Below are positions 51,723 to 64,000 of a stretch of 64,000 bases of DNA, in pieces (position 1 is the stretch's first letter; every line of letters begins with the position of its first letter). Source of the stretch: Lama glama (lineage: Eukaryota); the NCBI GenBank assembly GCA_028534125.1, contig CM052817.1, positions 14,386,001 to 14,450,000 on the forward strand. The letters run 5' to 3'. The position numbers and the translations under genes are program-made. The notes beneath the pieces are model-generated. The model saw only the letters and a program-made list of their open reading frames with translations, was not told the DNA's origin and made no database searches.

Positions 51723-52759
51723 GGGAGGTACTATCAATACGTCTGAGAGGCACAGAGAGGTTAGGGGACTAGTCCACACTTATCAAGCTAGTGACCGAGC
51801 CAGGACTCATACCGGGCAGTCTGGCTCAATAGCCAGTGAGGATACCCACTGCACAGCAGTGCAGCTGCCACACAGGGCTGAGTCCTGTGCTGTGGGCAGA
51901 TTTGGGAAGAACTCCTAACTCACTCTTGGGGATTAGAGAAGCTTTCACAGAGGAACTAATGCCAGATCCATATCCAAAGGGACAAGAGTTAGCTACCTGA
52001 AGAGGAGGAAAGGCCAGGCACACTCCCTGTACAAGAGGCACATATGCAGAACACTAGGGATTGAGAGAGTGAATGGTACAGAGAGCTGCAAATGGCTCCC
52101 TGGGCTGCAGCACCGACGGCCAAGTTCTGGGGCAGGAAAGGGGAACTTTGGCAGTCCTGTCAAGTTCTGAAAACCAAGCTCTAGCTTTAGGCTTTAATCA
52201 GAGACATCAGAAGCCCACTGAAAGGTTCAATCTGGTGATTAATAGGTTCAGACTCTGGCTTTATCTTCATCACTCTGGCTGCCATGAAGAGAAAGGACTA
52301 GATCAGGCAACATTGCAAGGAGGGTGATCATTTGCAAGGATCTTGCAGTGACCAAAGTATGAAGGCCTGAGCTAAGATAGAGGCCAGTGGGGATGAGGAA
52401 AAGGCACATTGGAAAGATATTTAGTAGACAGGACATGAAGACTAGAAAAATGATAAAGGGGTCATGATGACACCAAGTTTTTGGTTTAGATGCTTGGATG
52501 ATGGTATCATTACCTGAACTGGGAAGTCACAGAATGGAGGCATTTTGGGGAAGGAAAGGGTGTCTTTTGATTTATGTGTGTTGAGTTTGAGAAGTCTAAA
52601 GGGCTACACCCAAATGAACATATCCACTGTGACACGGGAATAAGCCTTGAATTCCAGAGAGGGATTGGGTTGAAGAAACAGATCTGTAAATGAAAATCAT
52701 TTGTGTATGGAAAAGATTGTCCAGGGAGAATATGTGGAATATTAATGATATTAATAATA

Positions 52760-52960
52760 GCATTTATTAGCATCTTATTCTATACTGGGGACAATTTTAA
52801 AACACTTCACATAATTTAACAAATTCATATGTCACAACAATCCAATCAGGTAATATTCTTATTACACCCATTTTACAGATGAGAAAATTAAGGCACACAG
52901 TTACAAGGAGTTAAAGCCAGCATTCAAACCTGGGCAATCTATTTCCAGAACACTTGCCCC
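52760..52960 (-). mobile_element. MIR SINE
   Basis: cccattttacagatgagaaaattaaggcacacag...ttcaaacctgggcaatct. Confidence 0.82.
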
Positions 52961-54608
52961 TAATCATGAAGTGCAAAATGAGGAAAGATTCTAGTGCAGG
53001 ACCCTGCACAATACAAATAGTGTTGAACTCTGGCTGAATATGGTGAATGGGGTGCAAAAATCCAATCTTGAAAAATGCAGCTTCTTAATGAATGGAAGTT
53101 TGTGTCACTGTGAGGTAGACAGGGAAATACATATGTATCTCTCAATCATTATGCACAATCACACAAAAAAAACCCACACTGCTAAAGACAGACAGTGGAA
53201 ATTATATCAACTGATTACACAATAAACTGAAAAAGTCCCAAATAATCACAAGGTGTGGGGTGGGGAGGAGAGAGCATTTTCTAATTCCATCTCCCCCACC
53301 CTATCACTCCTCCTGTAGATCATCACATTAGTTTGCCCCTGGGACTGGGCACAGAATTGGAGTCAATTTTCAAATGCATTTTATCAGAATTCTGGCCAGC
53401 CCCATGCCATGGAAACCAAGAAAAGAGAATTTTCCAAAAAGGCAGTGGCTACGGTAACAAGAGATACAAGATGTCAAGTCCATGGAGCCCTGAAATAATT
53501 TATCCATTGTATTTAGGAGCCAGGAGATCATTAGTGACCTTCTTGGAAGGATTAACAAGCAGTTCCTTGTTCCTATATTTAAGATTTGCTCTTTGAAAAT
53601 TAACATCATTTTATTTTGCAGACTAAAGTTACACGCAATTGATAGCTCCAGATAATAAGAGCTACCATCTTTGAGCACCTATCACATGTCAAGTTCTGTA
53701 ATTGGCACTTTTTATTATGCCTAACAACTGCCTCCAAGGTAGCAGAGTTCCCTTCCAATTGACAAATGAGGACACCCAGGTTTAGAGCAGTGATCTGAGA
53801 TTACAAGTATGATCATTGGCAAAGCCAACATGCAGAGGCAGAAATCTAAAGTTCACAAACCTTATTTTCTTGACTACACGGTACAGTCTCTGTCAAGTTC
53901 CTACGAAGAAAGAGGGTAGGAAAGAATAAATGGTATCTGCTCATCCAAGGAGCTCCTTTTAATCAATTGTTTCAACTCTGCTGCCTTTACAGTTCTGGCT
54001 GGCATTCTAAACCTTAGCAAGTCAAGCATCTTCTGGCTTCTCTTGTGGAGATGTTTTATAGTAAGAGGGTCAGAGGCTTTAGATGGGATTAAGATAAAGA
54101 AAGAGTACTGATGTCTTCTCCCTATTTTTTCTGGAAAAAGGAAGATGAGATGGATGGTGCACAGTGCCTCTTGCCTGCAGTTTCCAAGCCAGGGCAGTTA
54201 CTGAAACCCACCTTTGACAACTGGGCCAGTTCAACAGTCCAAATCCAGCCTCCATCTAAAACTACTCAGAATGGGACAAGCTCACTTATACAGGAAATCA
54301 GGGACTGAGAAAAACCTTCTAAAGAAGAGTTTTGAAGTTTTTGGCAGGAGGAGTCTGGAGCTTTTTTGGACGACTCAGCTTCTTTCGACCCAGTTCTTGT
54401 GCTTGGAGGGTTAGGCATTTTGATGGCATCTAAAGGGTAAAGGGATCGTAGTGAATAAGTGATAACCCATAACATGGAGTATTCCTTCTTGAATAACAGA
54501 GTTTTTAATTCTATTTAGACATTGCAAAGCCATGTATGGGGAAAAAATGAGTTTCTTTCTAACACTGAAAGATAAAGATAAAAAACTAGCATTTGCTGTA
54601 CACTTTTT

Positions 54609-54776
54609 TTTAAACTAAGATAAACCCTTTTCTATTCTTTTCTTTTTCTTTTTTTGCAGGGGGAGGTAATTATGTTTATTTAGTTGGTTAGTTTTTTGAT
54701 GGAGATACTGGGGTTGGAACCGTGGACCTTGTACGTGCTAAGCATACGCTTAACCTCTTGAGCTATACCCTCTCCC
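54609..54776 (-). mobile_element. Vic-1-type camelid SINE inserted in a MIR
   Basis: The reverse complement reads gggagagggtatagctcaagagg...tgcttagcacgtacaaggtccacggttccaaccccagtatctcca...taattacctccccc plus an A-rich tail. TSD ctgtacacttttt (54596-54608) / ctggacacttctt (54776-54788). Confidence 0.9.
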
Positions 54777-56738
54777 TGGACACTTCTTATGTGGCAGACA
54801 CTTTTAAAAACATATATTATACGTACCATGAACTATCTCATATAATAGTTATATGAAGAAGGTACTACCAAATGCCCATTTTACAGAAGAAAAGACTGAG
54901 GTAACAGGAGACGAAGTATCTTACCAACGCCACCAGCCCCTCTGGGCAGTTGGTAATCTGGAACTACTGGCTGAGGAGCATAAATAAAAATGAGTCCAAA
55001 CGGAAAAGTCTAAAGATCATCAATAAAATATATCAGGGCAAGAATAATCAAAGTGTGAAAGGAGGAGGCTGCTGGGCCTGAAAACTCACCTGCAGGGATA
55101 ACAGAGAAAACTGGACCAACATGGAAACCATCAGTGACTCGAGTTGGATGAGCTGGGTTTTTTCATTTGCCAGTTGTATTTGTGTAACTTTCAGTTGATG
55201 TTTAACTTTGTTTACTGTTTTCTCATATATAAGATGGGAAGAGCAAGTCTTCTCCACAATGAAGTGAGATTTAAATGTGATGGTGTGTGAAAAAGACCCT
55301 AGTAATCTGCATATTTTTATACGTTAGATCTTCAAACAACTTCGAATGATCCATCTGTCCAATGAATTAAAAGCCCAGGGGGCCTAACAGTACGTGTTAT
55401 CAGAAGAGTAGTGTTAATGAGACAATTTGGGATGCTAGGTGAGCAGGAGAACATTACTTTTTTAATTGATAGAAATTGAGCTAATGGCATGTCATCATGG
55501 ATCAATAACTAAGCAGATGGTAAAAGTGAAACATAATCATTCCTTTCAGTAACCAACCCAAATGCCAAAGATTTAGAGAGTTGGAAATGAGTACAAACCA
55601 TGCATGGGATTAAAGGTCATTTTCCAATAATGAACAGCAGTGTACAAAATTGCAAGAGAGCCCAAAGCATGATGTGAGCCTTCTAACATGAACAGGTACA
55701 CAGTTCCTCATGGCCCAGAATAGTTAAGAGAGATGCACCCTACCTTTTGCCTCACTCTTTTCTCTCTCTCAAAGCTCTTTGTTCCTCTCTTACCCAGGAT
55801 TTATCATAAATTGTAAGTACACAATTTGCATGTGTTTAATCGTTTGGCGACCATGTCCGAACACACACACAACCATAGTCTCCAGCAGGACTGAGAATCA
55901 CATTAGTATCTAATGCCAGATTCTGTGCCAAGGACAAAATAGACACTCAGCAAAAAAATCTGTTGAGTAAAAGGATGAATGGTTTGTTGTTGGTTCTGGG
56001 TTATCCTTTCTGCTACACCTCAAGGCACAGTGCACAGTCAAAAACACCTCACTGGTTTCACCGGGTGAACGCATTATGCTTTGGAAGCCCCCCTGGAGCA
56101 TGACTGAGGTTGATCTGCATACCACCTGTGGATGTAGCAGGGAAGGCGGGATGTTCAGTTCTGACCTCCTGAAGCTACTGAGGGAGGAGAAAGAAAAATT
56201 AACAGAGATGTTCAAACCCCAGTGCCCCCGCTGAGGCCTGCTCAGTTCAACCTGTACGCGCAGGTGACCCTCCGCAACACCCTAACCGCTAAGTTTCAGG
56301 GTTCCCTTTGGTCTTACTGGTAGACACTTCAGACTGTCCTCTCCAAGCAGCCATTGATATCCACTGCCTCTCCTGAGGTGGCTGCCCAGTTGGTTTAGAT
56401 GCATGTGGTAAACATTCTCACTCATAAGCCCAGATGGATGAAGGGCAAAGATCCTGGGTGAAGTTCAGAAGGTGAATCTGGCCTTGAACCCAAGAGTGAT
56501 GCTCCCAGCATCTGTCCTCTTCATTCCTCTGATACAAGCCTATGCAGCACAACTTTCAGACCACTTTCCAGGACCCTCATAACTCAGATGCTCCCTCTAT
56601 AATCCTTCCTCCAGGTTCCTGCCCAGATATACCTTATATCCCTGCCCTCACTGTCTTCTTGTCTCCAACACTGAAACTCGATGGACAATCACAAAAGTTT
56701 TGATCACACCTGGCCCAAATGATCAGCAGTGGGAAAAT

Positions 56739-57238
56739 NNNNNNNNNNNNNNNNNNNNNNNNNNNNNNNNNNNNNNNNNNNNNNNNNNNNNNNNNNNNNN
56801 NNNNNNNNNNNNNNNNNNNNNNNNNNNNNNNNNNNNNNNNNNNNNNNNNNNNNNNNNNNNNNNNNNNNNNNNNNNNNNNNNNNNNNNNNNNNNNNNNNNN
56901 NNNNNNNNNNNNNNNNNNNNNNNNNNNNNNNNNNNNNNNNNNNNNNNNNNNNNNNNNNNNNNNNNNNNNNNNNNNNNNNNNNNNNNNNNNNNNNNNNNNN
57001 NNNNNNNNNNNNNNNNNNNNNNNNNNNNNNNNNNNNNNNNNNNNNNNNNNNNNNNNNNNNNNNNNNNNNNNNNNNNNNNNNNNNNNNNNNNNNNNNNNNN
57101 NNNNNNNNNNNNNNNNNNNNNNNNNNNNNNNNNNNNNNNNNNNNNNNNNNNNNNNNNNNNNNNNNNNNNNNNNNNNNNNNNNNNNNNNNNNNNNNNNNNN
57201 NNNNNNNNNNNNNNNNNNNNNNNNNNNNNNNNNNNNNN
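56739..57238. other. Assembly gap (500 N)
   Basis: Run of N. Confidence 1.
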
Positions 57239-59745
57239 GAAGCACAATTATGTTCTCAGCATTCTCTGAAATTAGATGATAGTGAAAATGTGTTATCTAC
57301 CAGGGAAGGTCATGCCCCGTCCTCACCCCAATAGACCAAATGACTCTTACAATGCACTCAAAAAAAAAAAAAAAAAAAAAGGCTAGCTGCAAATTGCACT
57401 GTGCTTCCCATAGATTCATTTACCTCTCAGATAAGAGAACAATCCCTTGAACTATCACCAAAAGGTATAAAAGATCAGATTATCTTCAGGGCTAAATGCA
57501 AATCAGTATTTCTCGGGGAGCAGGCTCAGAACACTTGGAAAAAGAGAACAATTAACACTCACACTATGATTTACCACATCTTACTACTTGCCTGGTGTTT
57601 TGCATCAATCCATCCGAAAAACTCTCCGGAGCATGCCAAAAGCTAACTCAAGGCCCAGCTGCCCATGTCCCGTTAGATCTGATTATGTGGCTTTTCTAAC
57701 ACTGTTTTGGGGATCCGAACCGATAGCTTCATTTCCTGAGACACAAACTTGCTTCACTCTAGCTTTTCTCCCTTCTTCAGTTCTGCCCTGAGGTTCTACT
57801 GGTTCTGCGCGAAGGTCCTGAACTTACTGTGGATAAGTGCATCTGAGTTGTAACAACTAGCTTTAAAGTCTAGGAAAAGATCACTTAAAAAAAAAAAAAA
57901 AGGTTAACAGAATTATCAATCGGGTGATAAAATTCAAGAGGTCAAGGTCAACCTGGAACTTCAAAATAGCAGCATGAAGCCTTTGTAATGTTTTACTCCT
58001 GGTTCTTCTTAAAAACAAATCAATCCCATTGTTTTATATATGTGTGCATACTACAGATATATGTACATGTATAATATTATAATTAAAGGAGTTGCCTTCA
58101 TTAACATTCATTTGCTCTGATACCTCTAATATATTTACTTTTAATTTCCCTCATAATACTGTTTTCCTCCCTGGAAGCATAGTTATTTGTAATTAAGAAA
58201 ACGTAATAAGAAATTTTATAGTTCAGTAAGTAGAACTGTAAATGCCAAGAAAAGCAACTAGGAACTAAGAGTTTGGACATTAGCCCCGGAGGCTAATCGT
58301 ACCTCGCCTTATGTCACCTCATATCCATTTAGCAAGAGCTTTTTTGGGCCTGGTGATGAGAACACACGGAGAGCACTGCTACAGAAATGATACTCTTAAT
58401 TTCCCCACATGTGGCAGTCATTTCACAATGAATAGCAGGAATACAGATTCCATTTGAAACTTTGTTTCCAATAAACTTAGCCTACAGAGGCTGAGGAAAG
58501 TGCCCCCGCCTGCAACGTGCTGCCTGGGAGGAAAACAGGGCAACAGGAACTGGAATGGCAAAGACTAACTTCAGATCCTGACACTTCCATACGAATCATC
58601 TTGAGCTAAACCCTCCCTCTTTATGTCAAGGAACACACACTCTCTAGGCATTCTGGTCGGCAGCCTCTCCGCCCACTATCCAGATTCTCTTTTTTGGAGA
58701 CGTGTTTAGGTGTTGGAGAGAATCACATGATTTTCTCCAGAACTCATCCTCAGCCAAATCTAGTTATTTTCAATCATTTACCAACAGCAGACATTGCAGA
58801 TAACTTGCTGAGTGCTTGACATCTGAGCTGACGGGTCCCTCCCACCCTTCCCCTTCCCCACTCTGCTGATGTGACCTGGGAAGGGGATGTTGAGCACCAA
58901 CTCAGGGCGACACACTAGAGCTATGGCATCTGGCTTCTGGAGAGGCAGGGTAAGAAGTCAGAAGTAGCATCCTCCGGTCTTGGGGTAGGTTTGAGATACT
59001 CAGAAGCTGCACAGAGCTCGTCAGTGCTCCTTTAAAAGTCGTCTGTGGGTGGTGGTATTTGGGGATCCTTCCCACCGACCAGCCTACAGAGGCATGAGAG
59101 ACAGAGCAGAAGTAACAGCCTCGCCCAGAAAGCAGATGCTGATGCATTTCTCTCCTCCCGCTCCCCCTGGCACTCTGCATAAATTAAGTCCTCAATAAGT
59201 TTTTGCTTTAAGAAAAAGGCATTTTCAATAATCTAAATAGCTTTTCCTTCATCACTTGATTCTTTACGTGACAACGGAATTGATACCTTATTTTCTTGCA
59301 GGGTAGGAAAGGCATCAAGTTCAATCAGTTCCTTTTAGGGAACAGCAAAGGTGCAGAGCAGCTTCACCACAACTGCCCCGTTAGCTCCAGGTGCAGCCAA
59401 GTCTAGGGGACTATGGCACTTGACCCCCTTGTTTCCTCAATGTCTGTGCCCTTTGTCCCTGACTTATTCTAGCTCACCGGCCTTCTTTCCACCCTCAGGA
59501 CCTTCCATACAATATTCCCTCTGCCAGGAATGTTCTGCATCTTACTTCAAAGTTGTCCCCTCCCATCCTTCAAGTTCCACTACAAGTACCACTTCCTCAG
59601 AAAGCTCCTGACTTCCCAGGATAAAGGACACATCCCATCCTCCCATTTCTCTCCCTCTAAGTAAGTTCCTTTCTTTTCCAGCATTTAGCACAAACATTAA
59701 ATCCATATTTTATGACTATTTATCTGTTTAATATCTACTTCCCAA

Positions 59746-59746
<1 letters not shown>

Positions 59747-59786
<40 letters not shown>
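59747..59786. repeat. (AC)20 microsatellite
   Basis: Directly visible. Confidence 0.97.
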
Positions 59787-59789
<3 letters not shown>

Positions 59790-60624
59790 CTCAACAGGAG
59801 TCTCCTGGAGGACCTTTTTCCCACCAGTAGATAACCATTTCCAGGCTGAGGACCTGGCACAAAATCACTACTCAGTAAAAATGTATTAACTAAAAAGATT
59901 TGTGTCTGATGGTGTCCTTTCTTCTACACCAGAATGCACAGCTGTCTCACTTTAATAAAAAGATAACTGATGACGCAGTCAGCTCGTGTGCTGACTTTGC
60001 TGGCTCGTTTTGGCATCATACAGGGAGCAGGTTAGCCTAAATACAACTTCTAAATACAACAACTGAACAACTGATCATCAAAGGAGGAAATCAGACAGCA
60101 TCACGATGCCACTGCACTGCATCTGCTACCTTAGGATCGTGCCTTCTCCATCAAGGGTAAAAAAGGGAGCAAGAGTATTGAATAATGAACATTTGAATAC
60201 ACGCTCCAGAAAACAGCAGGAGACAAAACTTGGAATTAGGAACTATGACAAGTGTATAGTTCAGATCACACCTCAAAAAGAAATAATGATCTATTTTGGG
60301 TACATTTAATGAGGCAACTTAAAATTTTCCACTCTCAATAGTTTCCTCTCACTGTGGATTATCATCTCATTCATCATGAAAGCCCTTCAAGGATCCCCTA
60401 GTGCCTTCAGGATAAAGCCCACTTTCCTCTGAAGGATGTTTGTGGCCTCCCACAATCTGTCCTCTTCCCTTCCCTTTGGAGTCACGCCCTGACACTCATC
60501 CACTGGCCCTGTGGAAGTAACATGGGTCCCACCAGCCACAGTCTCTCACAACCCCACACCCATGTATGTGTCTTCTCCAAGTCGTGAGGACCAGTGCCCA
60601 CCCTGACCACTTGTTCACTTAGTT

Positions 60625-61146
60625 TGGCATTCGTTGTCTACTGCTGCTATAAAAAGTTACCACAAACTAATGGCTTAAACCAACACAAATGTATTATCTT
60701 ACAGTTTGGGGGAGCGTAGGGGGTGGTCAGAAGCCTGAAATGCATTTCACTGAGCTAAAGTCAATGTGTCAGCAAAGCTGCCGTCCTTTCTGAAGGGTCT
60801 AGGGAAGAATCTATTCTCTTGCCTTTTCAAGCTTCTAGAGACCACATGCTTTCCTTGGCTTGTGGCCTCCTTCCATTCAAAGCCAAGAATGCCCAGCTGA
60901 ATCTCACATTGAATCACCCTGACACTGACCCTTCTCCCTCCTTCTTGCACATCTAAGGATCCTTGTGATCACACTGGGCCCACCCAGGTAATCCAGCATA
61001 ATTTCCCTATTTCAGTGTCAGCTAATTGACGACCTTAATTCCATCTGCAACCTTAATTCTCCTTTGCTATAAAAAGTAATATATTTACGAGTTACTGAGA
61101 TTAAGACACGGGCACCTTTGGGAGGGCCAGGATCCTGCCTGCCGCA
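60625..61146 (-). mobile_element. MaLR solo LTR (MLT1D-like)
   Basis: tgctgctataaaaagttaccacaaactaatggcttaaaccaacacaaatgtattatcttacag...ccttggcttgtggcc...ctgggcccacccaggtaatccag...ccttaattccatctgcaaccttaattc. Confidence 0.87.
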
Positions 61147-63461
61147 AATTTCACCTGACCTTCCGTGCCCTGTCTGATGGCATTTCCCTGTGAGTGACAG
61201 AGCTGAATGCTCCTCATCTCATCTTTCAGCTCCAGTGTATTCTGATACAATATGTTGTATCATTTTGCATTAAAATCTCTGATTTATATGTACATCTTCT
61301 TCATGAGACTATTTCAGGATTGGATCCTAAATAAAACTGGAGCTCATAAGTGAGCCAGGTCCTATGCTGTGTACTTTGCACCATTTGGTTTTTACAGCGG
61401 TATGATGAGATAGAAATTTCATTCAGCAAAAAGATGCAAACACTCAATGCTACAGTGGTTAAGTTCAACACTGTCAGGCACCTCCAGCAAGTCAGAACTG
61501 ACACTTGAACCCATGTCTCTCTGGTTCCCATGTGGTCCATTTACTGCCAAACTACACTGTCTCAACTTGAGGTCCCCTATGGCTCACATCCAGGGCCTAG
61601 CATTCAACAGATTCTCATTTAAGAGTCACTAAATTTGGGGTTTGTTAAATAGTTTCTTTCCCCATTGCTATCTCACTCTCCATCATGATGACAAAATTAA
61701 GCCCTTCATTGCATTTCATTTCTTTATTCTACACCTCAACCCAGACAGGAATTTTACTAAAATTGAATTCTCTTCTCAATTGATAGAATGACTATACTTT
61801 GTTTTAATTTTTTAACTGACACAGATCATCACTATGCAAAGACAATGAAAGCTAGTTAATAATAATATTGTATCTTTTCTTGAAATGACAGTGCCCCCAG
61901 GCTTATTATCCACCCTTACAAAGAAAAGTTTTAAATCAGTAGCTCCCAGCGCCAAGATTTTAGCAGGTCTAAAGTGGGGCTGAGCATCTGAGCATCTGTG
62001 TGTGTGAACAGCTGGGATTGGGAATCAGGGTTTTAAAGGATATCGCAGAATAGTCTTTAGTCTGCATTGCCTTACTATGTGGTCCACCATGAATGTGGTC
62101 CTCATATTTCTCTGCACATTGTGGATATTTAAGAATGCTTGATAATAAATGAGTCAAGCACTGTAACTTAACTGATAACATTAAATGTTGTAGGTAAAAC
62201 TGTATACAAAGGACTTAACTGTGATAAGGAAATTCTTGTATTTGTCATGAGAATTTGTCTGGTTTATTACAAGCTATGCCTTTTCATTAATGAAATGTCC
62301 CATTTTACTCTAACATCTTTTCCTTCAAAATAACACAGGAAAGCAAATAAATCAACATTTCTTTGGTTCCTAATGTGCGTAGTTTCTCTTTTTTTGGTTC
62401 ACATAGAAAATCATCTTTCCTAAAGACTGGGCTCAAAAATAAATCTCTTTACCAACACATAGGCTGGCCCACCTGTCTCCTCTCTGAAAAAAATACATAA
62501 AGTCTATTACTTTCTAAGTGCACTGAAAAGTAGAAAGCTTTTTCCCCCTTTTTTTCTGGTTGTTTGAGGTGACATCTGTGACCTACAACCAACATTTTGT
62601 AACAATCATCTATGACACAGCACACTCAAATAGGGGCTGCTCCTGTGTGGGCACTAACCAAGAGAAGCACCATTTACCTGTCCTGTGTGCCATGGAGCCA
62701 GGAAAACATATGCTCCTATGACCACAGAGGTGGAGAAAAGCAGGCATGGCAAAACCTGTACTGTCCTTAACGCTTCTTTCTGGAATTTATATATGTCCGT
62801 CCTGCTCAAATCTCATTGGTCCAAGCAAGTCACATGGCAACAGAGGTCGTGCAGACACGAGCAGAGGAAAGGGCTCCAAGTAGAGAGAAGAGTGCCTGCA
62901 AAGTCTCAGAAGCCAGAGAGAAAACGGCTTGTTCTGGCTAGTGGTGTTGGTTCGGTAAGGGTCTGAGCACCAAGGAGCAGGGATGAGGATGATAATGACG
63001 AGAGATGACACGAGTAACCAGAGGATACATAAAACTTTTTAATTTTATCTTGAAAGCAATGAAGAATCAGTTAAAGATTTAAATTGGAAAGTGGCATGAT
63101 CCAATTTGCATTGCAGTGTGATAACTCTGGCTATGGCATGGGGACTTTATTTTTGTGCATTTTAGGTTACCAGGAGAACATCCAAGTGGCGATATCTAGG
63201 AAACAGTTGTATACACAGAACTGGAAGGAATCAGCAGCATATAGACTTTAGACATTTCAAATGTGTAACCTCGGATCGCCTGTGGCCCTTCAACTGATGT
63301 ATTTGCCAATGGCAAATGCAATGGCAGGAAAGAAGTTGAATTTGAAGGTCTTCTGATGGGACATATGCTCTTCAGTTGACCCTAATCCCCACTGTTACTT
63401 TTTTACACATTTTCTTAGCTAACTGGCTCCTGAAGGCATTTGAGTTTGACATCTGATGTAG

Positions 63462-63572
63462 TTAGTGTTGCCAAATAAAACACATGACATCCAATTAAAT
63501 TTGGATTTCAGGTAAACAACAAATCAGTTTTTCAGGATGTCATATATTTATTTGTTAACTCTAACAACACTG
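63462..63572. mobile_element. MER53-like hAT fragment
   Basis: gttgccaaataaaacacatgacatccaattaaatttggatttcaggtaaacaacaaat. Confidence 0.6.
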
Positions 63573-64000
63573 GATATAGTTGATGATTTAAGTCATGGCA
63601 ATGGCTGGCATTAGCAAAGATGGGGTACAGAGTAAGAAGTGAAGCAGGTTCTAGACAGTGCCCGGCACACAGGAGAGAGTCAATATTTACCATTAATGAA
63701 TAAGGGCCAAGGGCAAAAGCAGAGAAATATCAACAACTAAGGAGCTTTTAAGAGAAAGGAGAAAAAGAACAGAAGTGCTCAGAAGAGGTCAATGATGTCA
63801 CATGCTGCAAGGGTATCAAACAAGGTAGAAACTGAAAATTTTTCCACTGGATTTGTGACAAGGACATCACCAGTGTCCTTGGAAAGAATATTTGAATAGA
63901 GCAGCTGGGTAAAATATTTACCTTCAAGAGGAGAAGATGGAGAGAAAGTAAAGACAGAATATATAACTATTCAAAGAATCTTGGCTATGTTGGCAATGAA

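Noticed and set aside
16999..57334. X-filled ORFs spanning the N runs
   Set aside because: Artefacts of translating assembly gaps.
1..64000. CRISPR arrays, operons or other prokaryote-type or novel multi-gene systems
   Set aside because: The sequence is repeat-rich mammalian DNA, with no regularly spaced repeat-spacer array, gene-dense block or foreign-composition segment other than the CpG island.

Overview
Mammalian genomic DNA, most likely a camelid (two Vic-1-type tRNA-derived SINEs and young camelid-style L1 3' ends), from a scaffold with one 100-N and three 500-N gaps. The only protein-coding sequence I can support is the first coding exon of KCNIP4 (KChIP4, Kv4 channel-interacting EF-hand protein) on the minus strand at 44520-44460. 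It encodes [20 protein letters not shown] plus 1 nt and sits in a CpG-island promoter (~44200-45125). The ORF track misses it because it is only 61 nt. Sequence to the left (1-44459) is the start of KCNIP4's very long first intron; sequence to the right is upstream intergenic DNA. Both are dense in L1, L2, MIR, MaLR/ERVL LTR and hAT relics. No ORF in the track is a credible gene. I found no previously undescribed biological system. The best leads are modest and testable: a sense-oriented LTR offering an in-frame 102-nt cassette exon, AG|GT recursive-splice-like motifs, a (UCA)18 NOVA-type YCAY cluster, UG tracts (TDP-43 type), an in-frame CUG in the 5' leader, motif clusters, and an L1 whose RT region was deleted at a microhomology. 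Repeat subfamily names come from recognition, not from a database search.
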